From an uncultured Janthinobacterium sp. (lineage in GTDB: Bacteria > Vulcanimicrobiota > Vulcanimicrobiia > Vulcanimicrobiales > Vulcanimicrobiaceae), in contig CAZZXB010000012.1 of assembly GCA_964658025.1 (NCBI GenBank), forward strand, positions 1 through 19,364: a stretch of 19,364 nt of DNA. The letters run 5' to 3'. Below are positions 7,897-16,616 of the stretch, piece by piece. A program made the position numbers and the translations under genes. Positions within the stretch are counted from its first letter, which is position 1. Each line of letters starts with the position of its first letter. A model generated the notes under the pieces. That model was not told the origin of the DNA. It was given only the letters and a program-made list of their open reading frames with translations, and did not search any database.

Positions 7897-8712
7897 TCAG
7901 TCCCGACCCTCCGGCTCCGCGGCGAGGTCTCGCAGATAGCGTTCCGGAGCGCGCAAGAAGTCTCGCGTGAGGCGCACGTGTTCGACGTCGTCGTAGGCCG
8001 CATTGGCGATCCCGTCTTCCGCGAATTCCAGCAGCGTCGCGCCCGGCAGCGCCATCAAGATCGGCGAGTGCGTCGCGACGACGAATTGCGAACCGGCGCG
8101 GACCGCGTCGATCAGCATCGCGAGCAGCCCGAGGACGCGCAGCGGCGAGAGCGGCGTTTCGGGCTCGTCGAGAAAGTAGAGCCCGCCGGGAACGAGCCGT
8201 GCCCGCAGGAGCGCCAAAAACGTCTCGCCGTGCGAGCGCGAGCCCGGATCGTCGCCGTACCGCACCCGCAACGCTCGTTGCTGCGCCGCCACGTATCCGA
8301 AGGCGCGCGTCCCGGCGAACCCCGCCGCGGTCTCGCCGATCTCGCGCATCTCGCGGCGCAGGCGTTGCGTGTACCCGAAGACGTCTTCGGCGCGCAGGAA
8401 CAGCGTCGTCTTGGGCCTTCCGCGGCGGACGATCGTGAGGTCGGAAGCGAGCTCGCGTGCGGGCTCGAGCGTCGGATCGGAGCGTAGGTCGCTTCCCCCG
8501 AGCGCGATCGCGCCCGAGGCGACGGCGAGCGCTTCGAGCACGGTCGATTTTCCGCTTCCGTTCTCGCCGACGAAAAACGTAACGGGGGTCGCGAAGTGGA
8601 GCGGCGCGAACTCGCGCACGAGTCGCAGGCTCCACGGGAACGCACCCGCATCCGCACGATCGTGACGGCGCGAGACGTCGGTTATGAAGGGCTGCCCGTC
8701 GCGCGATGGCAC
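7897..8712 (-). CDS. Stand-alone ABC-type/AAA ATPase (COG3910-like predicted ATPase)
   Basis: PVTFFVGENGSGKSTVLEALA, FLRAE, SHGE, LYFLDEPETPLSP, SQFVVATHSPILMALPGA. The GTG start is approximate. Confidence 0.9.
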   Translation of the reverse strand: MPSRDGQPFITDVSRRHDRADAGAFPWSLRLVREFAPLHFATPVTFFVGENGSGKSTVLEALAVASGAIALGGSDLRSDPTLEPARELASDLTIVRRGRPKTTLFLRAEDVFGYTQRLRREMREIGETAAGFAGTRAFGYVAAQQRALRVRYGDDPGSRSHGETFLALLRARLVPGGLYFLDEPETPLSPLRVLGLLAMLIDAVRAGSQFVVATHSPILMALPGATLLEFAEDGIANAAYDDVEHVRLTRDFLRAPERYLRDLAAEPEGRD

Positions 8713-8801
8713 CGCTCGTGCGTTCGATACCGCCGCGCACGCTTCTTATGCGAGCGCGAGCGGACCGGAATCGCGAGGGTGCCGGTCGTAGTGCGGTCGC
8801 G

Positions 8802-9314
8802 ATGGCGTATTGGCTTTTCAAAAGCGAACCCGAATCGTTCGGATTCGATCGTCTCGAGCGCGAGAAGCGGACGGAGTGGAGCGGCGTGCGGAATTTTCAG
8901 GCGCGCAATTTCATGATGGAGATGAAGCTCGGCGACGAGGGCTTCTTCTATCACAGCAATACGAAGGAGCCGGGGATCGCGGGCATCGTGCGCGTCGTCC
9001 GCGAGGCCTATCCGGACTTCACGGCGCGCGATCGCGAGAGCGATTACTTCGATCCGAGAGCGACCGAGGCGAAACCGATCTGGGAGATGGTCGACGTCGC
9101 ATTCGTACGCCCGCTCGAGCGTTTCGTGTCGCTCGCCGAGTTACGCGCGAACGCCGAGCTCGCGCCGACGATGGTGTTACTGCGGCGCGGGTCGCGTCTA
9201 TCGGTTCAACCCGTGCACGTGCGGGAGTGGAAGATCGTCCTCGAACTCGCGAAGTCGCCCGAACCGAAGCGACGATCGGCGATCGATCCGCCCCGACCGC
9301 GTCGAACGTCGTAA
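8802..9314 (+). CDS. EVE domain-containing protein (THYN1-like)
   Basis: MAYWLFKSEP, WSGVRNFQARNFM, GDEGFFYHS, AYPD, YFDPR, WEMVDV, RLSVQPV. True start is ATG 8802 rather than 8706. Confidence 0.95.
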   Translation: MAYWLFKSEPESFGFDRLEREKRTEWSGVRNFQARNFMMEMKLGDEGFFYHSNTKEPGIAGIVRVVREAYPDFTARDRESDYFDPRATEAKPIWEMVDVAFVRPLERFVSLAELRANAELAPTMVLLRRGSRLSVQPVHVREWKIVLELAKSPEPKRRSAIDPPRPRRTS

Positions 9315-9474
9315 CGCGCCGCCCGACGAAACGCGCGACGTTACGTCGCCGCCTGCGCCGCCACGGCCGCTCGTGCGCGCCGCGATTCTCGAAGCCGGAG
9401 CGCCGGGCGGAACGCGCGCTCCGAAAACTCGCGCGCGAAGACGGTTACGCGCCGCGGATCGAGCGCGCGATCGC

Positions 9475-11568
9475 TCAGACCGCTTTGGCCGCCTCGAGCA
9501 TGAGCGAGTGCGCGTTCGAGAGCGGTTCGCCGTCGCGGGGCGCGCGACGGACGTACGACCCGTCGGATTGGAGCCAGCGCGTTTTCGTGTTGTCCTCGCG
9601 TAACACGTCGAGGATGCCGCGTCGCACGTACGCGCGGATCTCGGGATCGAGGATGGGCAAGCACGTCTCGACGCGGCGGTCGAGGTTACGACCCATCCAG
9701 TCGGCGCTGCCCATGTAGATCTCTTCGTCGCCGCCGTTCGCGAACGCGAAGATGCGCGAGTGTTCGAGGAAACGACCGACGATGCTGCGCACGCGGATCG
9801 TCTCGCTCACGCCGGGCAGACCCGGACGGAGTTCGCACATCCCGCGCACGATGAGTTCGATCGGGACGCCGGCTTGCGAGGCGCGATAGAGCGCGCGGAC
9901 CGTCCGCGCGTCGCTCACCGCGTTGAGCTTGGCCACGATCCCGCTCGGCCGACCGGCGCGCGCGTGCGTCGCCTCGCGCTCGATGAGCTCTTCGAATCCG
10001 AGGCGCAACGTCGTCGGAGCGACGAGTAACTCTTCGTACTTCGTCGTCTTCGAGAATCCGGTGAGCCGATTGAAGAGGTGCGTGACGTCGCGTCCGAGTT
10101 CCGGGCGACACGTGAAGAGCGAGAGATCGGTGTAGACCTTCGCCGTCTTGTCGTTGTAGTTTCCCGTGCCGAAATGCACGTAACGACGGATGCCGTCGGG
10201 CTCGTCGCGAACGATGAGCGTCACTTTCGCATGCACCTTGAGGCCGGGAAATCCGTACACGACGTGCGCGCCGACGCGCTCCAGATTGCGCGCCCAGTGG
10301 ATGTTGTTCTCTTCGTCGAACCGCGCTTTGAGCTCGATGAGCGCGGCGACCTGTTTCCCGTTCTCAGCCGCCTCGACGAGCGCCGCGACGACGGGCGAGT
10401 TGCCCGACGTGCGATACAGCGTCTGCTTGATCGCGAGCACCTGCGGATCGTGCGCGGCCTGCTGTACGATCTGCACGACCGGATCGAACGAATCGTACGG
10501 ATGGTGCAATAACAGATCGCCTTCGCGGATGACCGCGAACATGTCGGTCTGATGCGCGAGACGCTTCGGGATCGCGGGCGTGAACGGCTCGTCGTGGAGG
10601 TCGGGACGATCGAGATTGACGATCGGCCACACGCCCGAGGTTCCGAGCATCCCCTCGATCGCGTAGAGGTCGACGTCTTGCAATAACAACGCCTCGAGGA
10701 GCATCTTGCGCAAGTGCGCGGGCATCGCGCGCTCGACTTCGAGACGGACGGGTTCGCCGAAGCGGCGCCGGCGTAGTTCCGATTCGATCGCGCGCAGGAG
10801 ATCGTCGGCTTCGTCTTCCTGTAAGTCGAGGTCGGCGTCGCGCGTGACGCGGAAGCGATACGACGCGCGGATCTCCATCCCCGGAAAGAGTTCCTCGAGA
10901 TTGTGCGCGATCACGTCTTCGAGTAACACGAAGTGTGCCTGACCGTTTTCCGCTTCGATCGAGACGAGCCGCGGCAGACTGTCGGGGACTTTCACGCGCG
11001 CGAAGTGCATCGTCGGGCCGTCGGGCGACGCTTCGTACATCTCGACGCCGAGCGAGAGCGAGAGGTTCGAGATGTACGGAAACGGATGGCTCGAGTCGAC
11101 GGCGAGCGGCGTGAGCACGGGGAACACGCGCGCGTCGAAAAACGCCTTGAGTTCGTCGCGGTACCGTTGCGGGAGTTCGTCGACCTTGCGTATCGCGATG
11201 CCCTCGCGCGCGAGCGCGGGAAGGAGCCGCTCTTCGAGCAGGCGCGCGCACCGTTCGAGCGAGAGCCGCAGGCGTTCGGAGATCGCCGTGAGTTGCTCTG
11301 CGGGGAGCCGTCCGTCGTTCGAGCGCTTGTGGACCTCGGCCGCGATCTGCTGCTTGAGCGCGGCGACGCGGATCATGAAATACTCGTCGAGATTCGTCGA
11401 GAAGATCGCCACGAATTTGAGCCGCTCGAGGAGCGGATTACGATCGTCCTCGGCCTCCTCGAGCACGCGATCGTTGAACTCGAGCCACGAAAGTTCGCGA
11501 CTGAAATAGAGCGAGGGGTCTTCGAGCGGGACCGCCGCGGTGTCGGCTTCCGTCCCTTGCGTGAGCAT
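9475..11568 (-). CDS. ppk1: Polyphosphate kinase 1
   Basis: RELSWLEFNDRVL, NLDEYFMIRVA, HPFPYISNLSL, LLHHPYDSF, IKQTLYR, ELKARFDEENN, KVHAK, GTGNYN, GRFLEHSR, SADWMGRNLDRRVE. ATG 11568 gives 697 aa. Confidence 0.97.
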   Translation of the reverse strand: MLTQGTEADTAAVPLEDPSLYFSRELSWLEFNDRVLEEAEDDRNPLLERLKFVAIFSTNLDEYFMIRVAALKQQIAAEVHKRSNDGRLPAEQLTAISERLRLSLERCARLLEERLLPALAREGIAIRKVDELPQRYRDELKAFFDARVFPVLTPLAVDSSHPFPYISNLSLSLGVEMYEASPDGPTMHFARVKVPDSLPRLVSIEAENGQAHFVLLEDVIAHNLEELFPGMEIRASYRFRVTRDADLDLQEDEADDLLRAIESELRRRRFGEPVRLEVERAMPAHLRKMLLEALLLQDVDLYAIEGMLGTSGVWPIVNLDRPDLHDEPFTPAIPKRLAHQTDMFAVIREGDLLLHHPYDSFDPVVQIVQQAAHDPQVLAIKQTLYRTSGNSPVVAALVEAAENGKQVAALIELKARFDEENNIHWARNLERVGAHVVYGFPGLKVHAKVTLIVRDEPDGIRRYVHFGTGNYNDKTAKVYTDLSLFTCRPELGRDVTHLFNRLTGFSKTTKYEELLVAPTTLRLGFEELIEREATHARAGRPSGIVAKLNAVSDARTVRALYRASQAGVPIELIVRGMCELRPGLPGVSETIRVRSIVGRFLEHSRIFAFANGGDEEIYMGSADWMGRNLDRRVETCLPILDPEIRAYVRRGILDVLREDNTKTRWLQSDGSYVRRAPRDGEPLSNAHSLMLEAAKAV

Positions 11569-11611
11569 GGCGCAGGGCATTCGCCGCCGCCCGCGGGAAG
11601 TCCACCGCCTC

Positions 11612-12211
11612 GTGAACGACCTCGCGCTCCACGTCCGCGACCATCTGCTGCTCTCCGCGGCCGCCCTCTCCGTCGCGATCGTCGTCGGCATTCCGGCCGG
11701 GAGCTTCATCGCGCGCGCGGCGCGCTTCCGCGAAGCCGGTCTCGCGAGCGTGAACGTCGCGCGCGTCGTGCCGAGCCTCGCCGTGCTCGCGCTCGCGCAG
11801 CCGATCCTCGGCATCGGCTTCTGGCCATCGGTCGTGGCACTCGTCTTTCTCGCGATCCCGCCGATCGCGATCAATACCGACGTCGCGCTGCGCGGCGTGC
11901 CGTTCGCGCTCGTCGACGCGGCGCGCGGTCTCGGGATGACCGAACCGCAGGTGCGGCGCCGCGTCACCTGGCCGCTCGCCACGCCCGTCGTGTTCGCGGG
12001 CGTACGGACGGCCGCGGTCGAGGTGATCGCGAGCGCGACGCTCGCGGCCTTCATCGGCGGCGGCGGGCTCGGCGAGTACATCCTCAACGGCCTCGCGGGC
12101 GGCGATAACGGCCAACTCTTCGAAGGCGCGATCGCCGTCGCCGTCCTCGCGCTCGTCGCGCAGGGGATCCTCTCGCTCGTCGAGCGCCGCCTGGCGACGC
12201 GCGCGCGATGA
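11612..12211 (+). CDS. Osmoprotectant/betaine-type ABC permease (OpuBB/ProW-like)
   Basis: VVPSLAVLAL, LVDAARGLGMT (EAA loop), WPLATPVVFAGVRTA, ATLAAFIGGGGLG. GTG 11612 avoids overlap with ppk1. Confidence 0.92.
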   Translation: MNDLALHVRDHLLLSAAALSVAIVVGIPAGSFIARAARFREAGLASVNVARVVPSLAVLALAQPILGIGFWPSVVALVFLAIPPIAINTDVALRGVPFALVDAARGLGMTEPQVRRRVTWPLATPVVFAGVRTAAVEVIASATLAAFIGGGGLGEYILNGLAGGDNGQLFEGAIAVAVLALVAQGILSLVERRLATRAR

Positions 12212-13095
12212 CGCGCGACCGCGCGCTCCTCGCGGCGTTCGCCGCGCTCGCGGCCGCCGGCGCCGGATGCGAGAAGATCGATCCGAACAACGTGTCGATC
12301 GGCGCGAAAAATTTCACGGAAGAGCTCGTGCTCGGCGAGATCTACGCGCAGAGCCTCGAACGCGCGGGACTGCACGTGACGCGCAAGTTCGATCTCGGCG
12401 GAACCCAGGTCGCGATGGCGGCGCTGCGACGCGGCGACATCGATCTCTATCCCGAGTACACGGGGACGGCGTTACTCTCCGTGCTGCACGACGCGACGAT
12501 CGCGAACGCCGACGAACTCTACCGACACGTGAAGGCGGCATACGCGAAACGATACGATCTCGTGTGGCTCGATCACGCACCGTTCGACGACCCGGAAGCG
12601 CTCGCGACGACGCGCGCGGCCGCGCGAAAATTCGGCGTCCGGACGCTCCGCGACGTCTCGCGCGAAGCGCCGAGGATGCGGCTCGGCACGATCCCGGAAT
12701 TCACGACGCGGGCGGACGGGCTGACGGGCTTACGCAAACGCTACGGCGGATTCGAGTTCGCGAGCGTGAAGTTATTCGACATCGGCTTGAAGTACACGGC
12801 GCTCGAGAGCGGGCAGGTCGATATCGTCGTCGCGTTCGGAACCGACGGACAGATCGCGTACGACGAGCTCGTGTTGATCGAAGATCCCGACCACTTCTGG
12901 CCCGCCTATCAGGTGGCGCCGGTCGTTCGGCGCGCGACCCTCGCGCGCGTCCCGCGCATCGCGACCGTACTCGACGCGATCGCGCCGCGGCTCACGAATG
13001 CGGTGATGCGCGATCTCAACGCGCGCGTCGATCGCGAGAAGCAAGATCCCGCCGACGCCGCGAGCGCCTTCCTCGCGAGCGCGAGCGCGACGTGA
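12208..13095 (+). CDS. Betaine/ergothioneine-type ABC substrate-binding lipoprotein (OpuCC/YehZ/EgtU-like)
   Basis: ATGA overlap with the permease stop. Lipobox AGAGC. Motifs IGAKNFTEE, LGGT, DLYPEYTGT, EF..RADG, GLKYTAL, TDGQI, DPDHFWPAY. Confidence 0.92.
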   Translation: MTRDRALLAAFAALAAAGAGCEKIDPNNVSIGAKNFTEELVLGEIYAQSLERAGLHVTRKFDLGGTQVAMAALRRGDIDLYPEYTGTALLSVLHDATIANADELYRHVKAAYAKRYDLVWLDHAPFDDPEALATTRAAARKFGVRTLRDVSREAPRMRLGTIPEFTTRADGLTGLRKRYGGFEFASVKLFDIGLKYTALESGQVDIVVAFGTDGQIAYDELVLIEDPDHFWPAYQVAPVVRRATLARVPRIATVLDAIAPRLTNAVMRDLNARVDREKQDPADAASAFLASASAT

Positions 13096-14153
13096 GCGCG
13101 GGTGCGGCGATCCGCGCGACGGGCGTCGTCGTGCGCTATCCCGGAAGCGATCGCAACGCCGTCGACGGTGTGGATCTCGACGTCGCCGCGGGCGAATTCA
13201 TCGTGTTGCTCGGGCCGTCGGGTTGCGGGAAGAGCACGTTCATGCGCACGATCAACCGGCTCGTCGTCCCCGATCGCGGCACGATCGAGCTCGACGGCGC
13301 CGACGTCCGCGGCGAGTCGCCGGAGAGACTCCGGCGCGGGATCGGGTACGTGATCCAGGCGGTCGGGCTCTTCCCGCACCTCACGATCGCTCGGAACATC
13401 GCGGTCGTCCCGGAATTACTCGGCTGGGACCGCCCGCGCATCGCGGCGCGCGTCGACGAATTACTCGCGCTCGTGCGCCTCGATCCGGAACGCTATCGCG
13501 ATCGCCTGCCGCGCGAACTCTCCGGCGGCGAACAACAGCGCGTCGGCGTCGCGCGGGCGATCGCGGCCGAACCGCGCGCGCTCCTCATGGACGAACCGTT
13601 CGGCGCGGTCGACGCGATCGTGCGCGTCGCGCTCCAAGACGAAACGCTGCGCGTCCATCGGACGCTCGGCACGACGATCATCTTCGTGACGCACGACGTC
13701 GACGAAGCGCTCCGCGTCGCGGATCGGATCGTCGTGATGCGCGAGGGCCGCATCGAACAGATCGCGACGCCGCTCGCGATGCTCGCCGAACCCGCGACGT
13801 CGTACGTCCGCGAACTCCTCGACACGGACGACGCGGTCCGACGCCTGCAATTACTGACGGCGGCGGACGCGCTCGCGACCGAAGGACGCACGCGCGCGCC
13901 TCGCTCGCGGAACGACGACCGCGACGGCGCGACAGCGGCCGACGATGGTCCGAGCCGCGTCGACGACCGCGGGAGTTCCGTCGCCGATCGTGCGGACGAC
14001 GACGGCGCGACGATCGCGAGCGGAGCGACCCTCCGTCAGGTGCTCTCGCTCTTGCTCCGCGGCGCGGATCGCGTCCGTATCACCGACGGCGCGGAGACGC
14101 TCGGCACGCTCGACTTCGACGACGTTCGCGCCGCGATCGCGCGGCGACGATGA
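13092..14153 (+). CDS. Osmoprotectant-type ABC ATP-binding protein (OpuBA/ProV-like)
   Basis: GTGA overlap. GPSGCGKST, LRRGIGYVIQAVGLFPH, ELSGGEQQRVGVARA, LMDEPFGAVD, FVTHDVDEA; degenerate CBS-like C-terminus. Confidence 0.95.
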   Translation: MSAGAAIRATGVVVRYPGSDRNAVDGVDLDVAAGEFIVLLGPSGCGKSTFMRTINRLVVPDRGTIELDGADVRGESPERLRRGIGYVIQAVGLFPHLTIARNIAVVPELLGWDRPRIAARVDELLALVRLDPERYRDRLPRELSGGEQQRVGVARAIAAEPRALLMDEPFGAVDAIVRVALQDETLRVHRTLGTTIIFVTHDVDEALRVADRIVVMREGRIEQIATPLAMLAEPATSYVRELLDTDDAVRRLQLLTAADALATEGRTRAPRSRNDDRDGATAADDGPSRVDDRGSSVADRADDDGATIASGATLRQVLSLLLRGADRVRITDGAETLGTLDFDDVRAAIARRR

Positions 14154-14242
14154 CCGGCACGACGGGCCCGAACACGGCGACGACGCGCAACGTCGTCGCG
14201 CTCGTCGCGCCGATCGACGATCGCGCCGGACGCGTCTCGTGA
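14150..14242 (+). CDS. Putative 30-aa bridging ORF (MTGTTGPNTATTRNVVALVAPIDDRAGRVS)
   Basis: ATG overlaps the ATPase TGA (ATGA 14150-14153). Its own TGA overlaps the next GTG (GTGA 14239-14242). Confidence 0.45.
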   Translation: MTGTTGPNTATTRNVVALVAPIDDRAGRVS

Positions 14243-14880
14243 ACGGCGGACCGTTCGGCTATCTCTTCTCGCATCCGCAGACGGTCGCGACGCATCTCGC
14301 CGAGCATCTCTATCTCGTCGTCACGTCGCTCGCGATCTCGTGCGCGATCGCGCTTCCGCTCGGCGTCGTCGTCGCGCGCGCGCGCCGCGTCGGGCCGGTC
14401 GTGCTCCAGGCGCTCAACGTGACGTACACGATCCCGAGCCTCGCGATGTTCGCGGTCCTCGTCCCGCTCTTCGGCATCGGCAGCCTCACCGCGATCGTCG
14501 CGCTCGCCGTCTACGCGCAGATGCTCCTCGTCCGTAACGTCGCGCTCGGTCTGCGCGGCGTCCCCCAGGTCCTCATCGACGCCGCGAACGGGATCGGGAT
14601 GACGCCGTGGCAACGCTTCTGGCGCGTCGAGTTCCCGCAAGCGCTCCCCGTCATCGTCGGCGGCCTGCGCGTCGCGACGATCGCGCTCATCGCGCTCGCG
14701 ACGCTCGGCGCGTGGGTCGACGCCGGCGGCCTCGGCGTCCTCATCCTCTACGGTCTCGAACACGACGCCCCGGATCGCACGATCGCAGGCTCGCTCGTCG
14801 CCGCGATCCTCGCCATCCTCGCGGATCGCGGGTTACGTGCGCTCGAAGCGAGATTCTCCGCCTCTGCCACGAGCCGCTAA
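14239..14880 (+). CDS. Second osmoprotectant-type ABC permease
   Basis: EHLYLV, YTIPSLAMFAVL, LIDAANGIGMT, VEFPQALPVIVGGLRVAT, ATLGAWVDAGGLG. Confidence 0.92.
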   Translation: MNGGPFGYLFSHPQTVATHLAEHLYLVVTSLAISCAIALPLGVVVARARRVGPVVLQALNVTYTIPSLAMFAVLVPLFGIGSLTAIVALAVYAQMLLVRNVALGLRGVPQVLIDAANGIGMTPWQRFWRVEFPQALPVIVGGLRVATIALIALATLGAWVDAGGLGVLILYGLEHDAPDRTIAGSLVAAILAILADRGLRALEARFSASATSR

Positions 14881-15053
14881 GGTACGGCCGCGATCGCTCC
14901 GAGCCGACGCGACGTCTCGCGTACGTCGAATCAGAGCCGCCTCGCTCGTGCGCCACGTGCCCGCAGCGATCGCTACGTTATCCTCACGCTCGCGATCGGC
15001 GACGACGGATGGTCCGGCACGTACGGAATGCTCGCGAGCGTTCGCCGACAATC

Positions 15054-15848
15054 CTAGACCGTCGGCGCGGGACGTAAACGCGAGGCGAGATAGCCCGTCG
15101 CCCGCTCCGTGTCGACGTCGGCGACGAGCAGACCCGCGTCGCCGTACGGACGATACGCGAGCAGCGTTCCGTCGGGCCGGACGACGGCCGAGGTCGTCGG
15201 AGAGCCGTCGCTCGCGCAGTTGACCGTCGCCACGTAACACGTATTCTCGGCGGCGCGACAGAGCACGGCCTTTTCGTGAAACGAGTTTGCGGGATCGGCG
15301 AACGTCGTCGGACGATACTCGCCCGGCTCCGCCTCGCCGAAGTGCGGATGGAACACGACGTGTGCGCCGGCCCGGGCGACCGCGCGGACGGTCTCCGGAT
15401 ACCGCCAGCCCTCGTGACAGATGACGATGCCGAACGCGAGATCTCCCGTGCGAAAGACGCGTCGCTCCGAGCCCGCGACGAACTCGGCCTCCTCGCTCGG
15501 ATCGAGTTGGACCTTGTCTTGAAATCCGAGCGGCGTGCCGTCGCGATCGACGACGAAGGCGGAGATGAAACGCGCGTCGCCCTCGAGGCGCTCGATGCCG
15601 AGCACGACGGCGACGGATGCCTTCGCGGCTGCCGCCGTTATCGCCGCGCGCGCGCCGTCGAGAAACGCGGCATCGACGGACGGCACGTTCTTGCCGACCC
15701 GATAGCCGGGAACGAAGCATTCCGGAAAGCAGACGATCCGGGCACCGAGCGTCGACGCATCCGCGATCGCCGAGACGGCGTCCGCGATCGACGCGTCCGG
15801 AGATGCCGGGAAGCGCAGATTCGCGAGCGCGATCCGGACGACGGCCAC
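15054..15848 (-). CDS. Carbon-nitrogen hydrolase (nitrilase superfamily amidase)
   Basis: Glu-Lys-Cys triad in VCFPECFVPGY, QDKVQL and IVICHEG; also RAAEN and SAVVRPDG. GTG 15848 lies 5 nt after the upstream stop. Confidence 0.92.
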   Translation of the reverse strand: MAVVRIALANLRFPASPDASIADAVSAIADASTLGARIVCFPECFVPGYRVGKNVPSVDAAFLDGARAAITAAAAKASVAVVLGIERLEGDARFISAFVVDRDGTPLGFQDKVQLDPSEEAEFVAGSERRVFRTGDLAFGIVICHEGWRYPETVRAVARAGAHVVFHPHFGEAEPGEYRPTTFADPANSFHEKAVLCRAAENTCYVATVNCASDGSPTTSAVVRPDGTLLAYRPYGDAGLLVADVDTERATGYLASRLRPAPTV

Positions 15849-15853
15849 GCGCG

Positions 15854-16615
15854 TTAGCCCTCGCGCTCCGTCGCGACCGCGCGCTCCGCGGCCGCGCGGA
15901 CGAGCCCCTCGAACACGCGCTCGCTCACGGGATCGCGGGCGAGTTCCTCGGGGTGCCATTGCACCGCGTAGAAGAACGGGTGCGCGAAGGTCGGCTCGAT
16001 CGCTTCCACCACGCCGTCCTCCGTGCGACCGACGACCGCGAGGCCCTCGCCGATCGTCGCGAGCGCTTGATGGTGCATCGAGTTCGCCGCGAAACGCGCG
16101 CTGCCCACGGCGCGCGCGAACGCGCTGTCGGGGGCGACCACGACGTCGTGACCGGGCGCGTAATCGGAGCGATCCTGCCCGTTCTCGTACGTCTGGCGGT
16201 GGTTGATCGTGTAGCCCTCGCCCATCCGCTCGCGCAGATCCTCGACGAGCGTCCCGCCGAAGGCGACGTTGACGATCTGCGCGCCCCGACAGATCCCGAG
16301 TAACGGCACGCCGCGTGCGCGTGCCGCGCGCGCGAGCGCGATCTCGAACGCGTCGCGCTCGGCGCTGTACCCGCGTTTTTCTTTGTTGGCGTGGTCGGGG
16401 TTGCCGCCGTATCGCGCGGGATCGACGTCGAGCCCTCCGGTCAATAACAACCCGCCGACGTCGGCGAGCACGGCGTCCACGGATGCCGCGTCGTTCGCGA
16501 GCAACACGGGCGTCGCGCCCGCCCGCTCGATCGCGCGGACGTACGGACCTTGATCGCGCGAGGGCACGTCGTCCGGTTGCGGCCCGTCGGTCGAGGTGAT
16601 CCCGATGCGTACCAC
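15854..16615 (-). CDS. Peptidase C26 / gamma-glutamyl-gamma-aminobutyrate hydrolase family (PuuD-like class I GATase fold)
   Basis: GLLLTGGLDVDPARYG, RDAFE, LGICRGAQ, NVAFGGTL, NSMHHQA, VQWHPE (Cys-His-Glu triad). Confidence 0.94.
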   Translation of the reverse strand: MVRIGITSTDGPQPDDVPSRDQGPYVRAIERAGATPVLLANDAASVDAVLADVGGLLLTGGLDVDPARYGGNPDHANKEKRGYSAERDAFEIALARAARARGVPLLGICRGAQIVNVAFGGTLVEDLRERMGEGYTINHRQTYENGQDRSDYAPGHDVVVAPDSAFARAVGSARFAANSMHHQALATIGEGLAVVGRTEDGVVEAIEPTFAHPFFYAVQWHPEELARDPVSERVFEGLVRAAAERAVATEREG

Positions 16616-16616
16616 G

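Noticed and set aside
7897..9314. ATPase plus EVE as a defined anti-phage system
   Set aside because: No nuclease or effector gene, divergent orientation and housekeeping context. Kept only as a low-interest lead.
9475..12375. 966-aa 'extended' Ppk1 suggesting an N-terminal fusion
   Set aside because: The extension is antisense to the ABC permease and SBP genes. Ppk1 similarity begins just after ATG 11568.
14881..15053. Intergenic region as a possible REP/MITE or small RNA
   Set aside because: No terminal inverted repeats or target duplication, and no second copy in the window.
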